64,000 nt of DNA from Candidatus Shapirobacteria bacterium. GTDB lineage: Bacteria > Patescibacteriota > Microgenomatia > UBA12405. How positions within the stretch are numbered: the stretch's first letter is position 1; every line of letters starts with the position of its first letter. Below are positions 59,796-64,000 of this stretch, in pieces. The stretch is taken from the NCBI GenBank assembly GCA_022837635.1, contig JALHFY010000001.1, positions 317,693 through 381,692 on the forward strand, read 5' to 3'. Position numbers and translations under genes: made by a program. Under the pieces are notes generated by a model. That model saw only the letters and a list, made by a program, of their open reading frames with translations, had not been told where the DNA came from and ran no database searches.

Positions 59796-61133
59796 TTAAT
59801 CGGAGTAGAGTTTTGGAAATAGAATCGGTGATAGAAATAGGATACTACCTGCGGCTAAAAACAGCCAGGAGAAAGTGTTGAAATCCGGTGAACTGGGAGT
59901 AAAAACAGCTTGTCTGGCAATAGCCGACTGTGTACCTAAAACCGCAGGGGTTGAGATTGGACAAATTGGGGCTAGTTTAGTTTTGGTGCTGGTAGTTTTT
60001 TTACTTTTAACTTTTTTAATAAAAGGCAAAACCTCTAAAGTCCCCTGCTGATAATCGTAGATTTTACTGGAACCGGCTTTTTTAAGATGAAAAAGGAGGG
60101 GATATTTACCTTCGGGTAGTTTTTGGGAAGCTGATAAAGATAAATTAACAGTGGCAAAATCATTTTGATAATTATTAAAAGCAAAATAAGGGGAAGAAAA
60201 AGGGTGAACCAGACGAATAGAATAGAGATCGGCAGATCGGAGACTTAAAGTAATATTAAAATCATCCCCGGCTCTGATTCTATCGGGGATAAAAATAATA
60301 TCCACGGGAGGTAATTCTGGTGACTCGACAGACAAATCTTGACAATTAAAATTCCCGAAACTGGGACTGGGTGGGGCAAAACACCAACTACCATCACTTT
60401 GGAGTGAATAGGAGAGATTTTTGGACGCTTTGGAGTAACTGATAGTCTCTTGATTAAAATGAACAGAATCGCCAGAATTATTGAGAAAGGAACCTGAAAA
60501 GGTAAATTGATAATATTGATGCGGTGCCAAGTCGATGTCGACTGACAGGCATTTTTTGTGCTGAGATGAATCAAAAATACAAAGATTTTTTAAGGGAATA
60601 TTGTGCTCATGGGGATTATAAAATTCGACCCATTCCGAGCCATCTTCGGGATTGGGCATAATTTCGGTAATGCGAGGATATTTGGATTCAAAAAGAGTTG
60701 GGGTTGGAATTATGGAAATTTCAGGTGTAGGTGAGATACTGGGTAGAGCTAAAGAAATAATGTCTACCGGATCACTGTCAAAAGTTTGCTGGTGCTTAAA
60801 GTGGTTGGCGATACGAATTTTAATAGAATTTTGGGGTTGAACTTGATTGATTTTAAGATAAGCAGAAGCTGTAGCTAAAAAATTTTCACCGATAATTAAA
60901 TTGTGACAGCTATCATAGCGATGGGCACAAGCAGGAAAGATAGAAATGTCACTATCATTGGAAACGGCCTTGTAGTGAAAGGTGGTACCAATGTCAGAGG
61001 CGGTAACATTGAAAGTAATTGGAAAAGTTTCGCCAACCAAAACCTCGGCAGGAAAATCCAAAATAGACACAGTAGTGGCCGCTAAAATTTTAGATGGAAA
61101 AAATAAACAAAGTATAAAAATAATTAGGCTCAC
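59796..61133 (-). CDS. Secreted surface protein with lamin-tail domain (LTD) and C-terminal membrane anchor
   Basis: Signal peptide; YPRITEIMPNPEDGSEWVEFYNPHEHNIPLKN LTD block; hydrophobic C-terminus. Confidence 0.6.
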   Translation of the reverse strand: MSLIIFILCLFFPSKILAATTVSILDFPAEVLVGETFPITFNVTASDIGTTFHYKAVSNDSDISIFPACAHRYDSCHNLIIGENFLATASAYLKINQVQPQNSIKIRIANHFKHQQTFDSDPVDIISLALPSISPTPEISIIPTPTLFESKYPRITEIMPNPEDGSEWVEFYNPHEHNIPLKNLCIFDSSQHKKCLSVDIDLAPHQYYQFTFSGSFLNNSGDSVHFNQETISYSKASKNLSYSLQSDGSWCFAPPSPSFGNFNCQDLSVESPELPPVDIIFIPDRIRAGDDFNITLSLRSADLYSIRLVHPFSSPYFAFNNYQNDFATVNLSLSASQKLPEGKYPLLFHLKKAGSSKIYDYQQGTLEVLPFIKKVKSKKTTSTKTKLAPICPISTPAVLGTQSAIARQAVFTPSSPDFNTFSWLFLAAGSILFLSPILFPKLYSD

Positions 61134-61152
61134 TAAATTAAAGTAATAAAAA

Positions 61153-62577
61153 TTACTTTAATTTGTCAAGGGCGATGTCCAGTTTATGGAGGGTTTTGTC
61201 GAGGCCAAGGGCGGGAAGAATTTCAACAATAGGCGGGGTAAAAACAGAACCACAAATAGCCACTCGGAGAACCATAAAATATTCACCGACATTCCAATTG
61301 TTTTCCTGAATTAAATTCATTAATCTAGCCTGTAAATCGGAGAAATTATCAATAAATAATATTTTAGTTTTCTCAAGCATATCAACAGCCACCTCGGGTT
61401 TAGTCCCCTTTTTGAGAAGTAGTTCCGAATCATAATCTATATCGGTAAATAAAAAATTGAGAGTTTGGGGTAAATCACTAAATTTAACTAAACGTTCTTT
61501 TAATACTGGGATTAAAATTTTAATTTGCTCATCATTGGCAGCAGGTAAAAATTTTTTGAAGTAAGGAAAAAGTGCCTGCTCACTTTTTTGACGGATATAA
61601 AGACCATTAAAATAATCTAATTTTTTACGATCAAAGACCGGTGATTTTTTATGAAGACGGTCAAGGGAAAATTCTTTAATAAACTCTTCCAAGGTAAATA
61701 ATTCTTGGTCAGTACCAGGATTCCATCCCAAAAGCATCAAAAAATTTAGTATAGCTTCCGGTAAATACCCTTCATCTAAAAAGGCTTGGGCAGCGACGGA
61801 ACCACTCCGTTTACTCATTTTGCCACCACGTGGGTCCAAGATAACGGTCAGGTGGACAAATTGTGGCAAAGGAGCATCTAAATATTTGTATAGAAGAATC
61901 TGTTTAGGAGTTGAGGAAATCCATTCTTCACCACGAAGAACGTGAGTAATTTTCATCAAGATATCATCAACCACTGCAGCGAAATGATAGGTGGGGATAC
62001 CATTGGATTTAATTAAAACTTGGTCATCCAAATCTCGGGTGTTAAAAGAAATTTGACCACGAATGGAATCAGTAAAACGAATAGTCTCATTGTCGGGCAT
62101 TTTCATCCGAATGACATAGGGTTGACCACTGTCAATTTTTTGTTTGATTTCTTGAGAAGTCAGTTTTAAGCAATGACGGTCGTATTTAGGAATTTGTTTT
62201 AATTTTTTCTGTTGATCACGGATATGATCAAGACGTTCTTGACTGCAAAAACAATAATAAGCCAGACCTTGATCAAGAAGTTTTTTAATATATTTTTGAT
62301 AGATATCGAGCCGTTGAGTTTGAACGTAGGGAGCATAGGGACCACCAATATCTGGGCCTTCATCCCAAGACAAACCATAATCCTTGATAACTTGCAAGAT
62401 TCGGTCTTGAGCCCCAACAACTAAACGTTTTTGATCGGTATCTTCGATACGAATAATAAATTGACCACCACTTTGACGGGCTAGAGCATAATTATACAAA
62501 CAGGTACGCATGTGACCAATATGGTATTCACCGGTGGGTGAAGGTGCAATCCGAGTACGTGCAGGCAAAGATGACAT
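61153..62577 (-). CDS. gltX: Glutamyl-tRNA synthetase
   Basis: HIGH motif PTGEYHIGHMRT and KMSKS motif KMSKRSGS. Confidence 0.9.
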   Translation of the reverse strand: MSSLPARTRIAPSPTGEYHIGHMRTCLYNYALARQSGGQFIIRIEDTDQKRLVVGAQDRILQVIKDYGLSWDEGPDIGGPYAPYVQTQRLDIYQKYIKKLLDQGLAYYCFCSQERLDHIRDQQKKLKQIPKYDRHCLKLTSQEIKQKIDSGQPYVIRMKMPDNETIRFTDSIRGQISFNTRDLDDQVLIKSNGIPTYHFAAVVDDILMKITHVLRGEEWISSTPKQILLYKYLDAPLPQFVHLTVILDPRGGKMSKRSGSVAAQAFLDEGYLPEAILNFLMLLGWNPGTDQELFTLEEFIKEFSLDRLHKKSPVFDRKKLDYFNGLYIRQKSEQALFPYFKKFLPAANDEQIKILIPVLKERLVKFSDLPQTLNFLFTDIDYDSELLLKKGTKPEVAVDMLEKTKILFIDNFSDLQARLMNLIQENNWNVGEYFMVLRVAICGSVFTPPIVEILPALGLDKTLHKLDIALDKLK

Positions 62578-62615
62578 GGCATTATTTTAACATCTAAAAT
62601 AAGGTAGAATATTTT

Positions 62616-63668
62616 ATGTCGTCTTTGACTGAAGTGGCACATGCCAGTAGAAAAATAATTAAGTTTGGAAGTTTAGGTATGGGAGTATTTTTACTCTTAT
62701 GGATAGGAATCGGCGCGGCGATTAAGGCCTACCAAAAAGCCCATCCTCCTTATGTGGCTCCAACAGTTCGTTTTGGAGTATTGGATAAAATTGTCTTTCC
62801 TGAAAAAGAATTTCAGAAAAAAAATTTTATAGCTGAATTGCCTAACGATGAATTTCCTAAGTTTAAGGATCAGGCTAATGTTTATGTAATTTATAGACCT
62901 AAGAGTCCAGTTATGGCCTTGGAATTCGGTAAAAGAACGGCAGCTTTAATGGATTTTACTGGTGAAGCACAGCAAGTTTCGACTGGTGTGTATAGATTTA
63001 GTGACCATAAGCAAAATCGGAGTTTGGAAATGAATGTTTTGGAAAGTAGTTTTAAGATGAGCTACCCTTACTTAACCGACCAGCTTTTACAAAATCCGGA
63101 AAAAATGCCTAGTCGTGAAGAAGCAATAAGTCAAGCTAGAGCTTTTTTACAAAGGGCGGAAAAATTAAGTTCTGATTTAGAAAATGGAACTCAGGAAGTT
63201 AGTTTTTGGAAAATTAGTTATAACGGCTTACAGAGAGTGGAAGGTTTGTCGGAAGCCAATATTGTTAGAGTAGATTTTTTCAGAGAAAAACTAGCCGATG
63301 GGATTACTATTGTCAGTACTAACCCTCAGGAGTCACCGGTATCAGTTCTAGTGTCTGGATCAACTGTAAATAATAAGAAAATCGTAGAAGTTAATTATAA
63401 ACATGTAGAAGTAGATACAGCTGAAAATTCGGCTTCAACTTATCCTATAAAAACTGTCCAAGAAGCTTTTGAAGAATTAAAAGCCGGTAATTATTGGCCA
63501 GCCAGTGACGGTAATGGTCAAGATATAGTTATCAGAAAAGTTTACTTGGCTTATTTTGAACCGGTAACGTTAACGCAATTTTTGCAGCCAGTGTATGTTT
63601 TTGAAGGAGACAATAAAAACAATTTTGTCGGCTATGTCCCAGCGGTCAGCGATAGTTACGCCAAGTAA
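62616..63668 (+). CDS. N-terminally membrane-anchored hypothetical protein (350 aa)
   Basis: Single TM near N-terminus, no recognisable motif. Confidence 0.5.
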   Translation: MSSLTEVAHASRKIIKFGSLGMGVFLLLWIGIGAAIKAYQKAHPPYVAPTVRFGVLDKIVFPEKEFQKKNFIAELPNDEFPKFKDQANVYVIYRPKSPVMALEFGKRTAALMDFTGEAQQVSTGVYRFSDHKQNRSLEMNVLESSFKMSYPYLTDQLLQNPEKMPSREEAISQARAFLQRAEKLSSDLENGTQEVSFWKISYNGLQRVEGLSEANIVRVDFFREKLADGITIVSTNPQESPVSVLVSGSTVNNKKIVEVNYKHVEVDTAENSASTYPIKTVQEAFEELKAGNYWPASDGNGQDIVIRKVYLAYFEPVTLTQFLQPVYVFEGDNKNNFVGYVPAVSDSYAK

Positions 63669-64000
63669 GATTGTTTTTGGCCCAATCCAAGAGTAGTCGA
63701 GTATCAGCAAATCTGTCCTGACTTTGAGCGATAACTGAAATCAGATAGTGGCCGTCAAGATTCAAAAGACCAATAAAACTGGAACCACCCTCAGGAGTCC
63801 AACCAGTCTTAAAACCTTCAACTTCGGGAATAACTCCTAATAATTCATTGGTAGTGGTGATTGGATAATTAACACTACGGGTAGTGTCGGTAAGGGTGAT
63901 TTGAGTGGTTTTGACAATTTGCCTAATAGTATCATTTTGGGCCGCTAGACGACCTAGTTGAGCTAAATCGTAAACTGTAGAATAATGAGAGGGATCATGA
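63644..64000 (-). CDS. Serine-type D-Ala-D-Ala carboxypeptidase/PBP-like protein, C-terminal portion; 5' end beyond window edge
   Basis: Hand translation of minus strand: ...GVIPEVEGFKTGWTPEGGSSFIGLLNLDGHYLISVIAQSQDRFADTRLLLDWAKNNLTWRNYR* containing the KTG motif; runs off the window. Confidence 0.5.

Overview
This is a gene-dense, roughly 37% GC bacterial window using the standard genetic code. Most genes are housekeeping: aminoacyl-tRNA synthetases (serS, lysS, argS, gltX), secA, prfB, typA, greA, lon, era, obg, trxA, ssb, trmD, pyk, two tRNAs and a uvrC / uvrA-uvrB excision-repair cluster. Envelope genes are of the Gram-positive type: a sortase, two LCP-family proteins, ftsE-ftsX with an attached peptidase, and several GT2 and GT-C glycosyltransferases. 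Together with the small or truncated core proteins (UvrC without its HhH domain, short Obg, Pyk and RelA/SpoT homologue), the near absence of Shine-Dalgarno sequences and the -10 boxes abutting start codons, this suggests a reduced-genome CPR/Patescibacteria-like organism. That lineage call is inference only. The most unusual locus is at 49.4-50.7 kb, next to tRNA-Gln. It encodes a small peptide with perfect tandem 14-aa Cys/Gly/Ser/His-rich repeats, encoded by a 42-bp perfect DNA tandem repeat. Immediately downstream are a compact radical SAM enzyme (CX3CX2C, SGGEP) and a 56-aa ORF, which together look like a RiPP precursor/maturase cassette. Other notable items are listed below. (1) An ftsE-ftsX-(coiled-coil + C39-like peptidase) module analogous to FtsEX-PcsB/EnvC. 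(2) A DUF11 surface protein with an LPXTG-like TPKTG sorting signal, plus the sortase. (3) A five-gene surface-protein operon (CAP domain, FN3-like, TasA/camelysin-like signal, LTD domain, VanZ-like). (4) A CIRCE-like inverted repeat abutting the lon start. (5) Two tandem GT2/GT-C pairs plus paralogs. (6) A comM-yraN-dprA cluster. No transposases, integrases, rRNA genes or CRISPR arrays were found.
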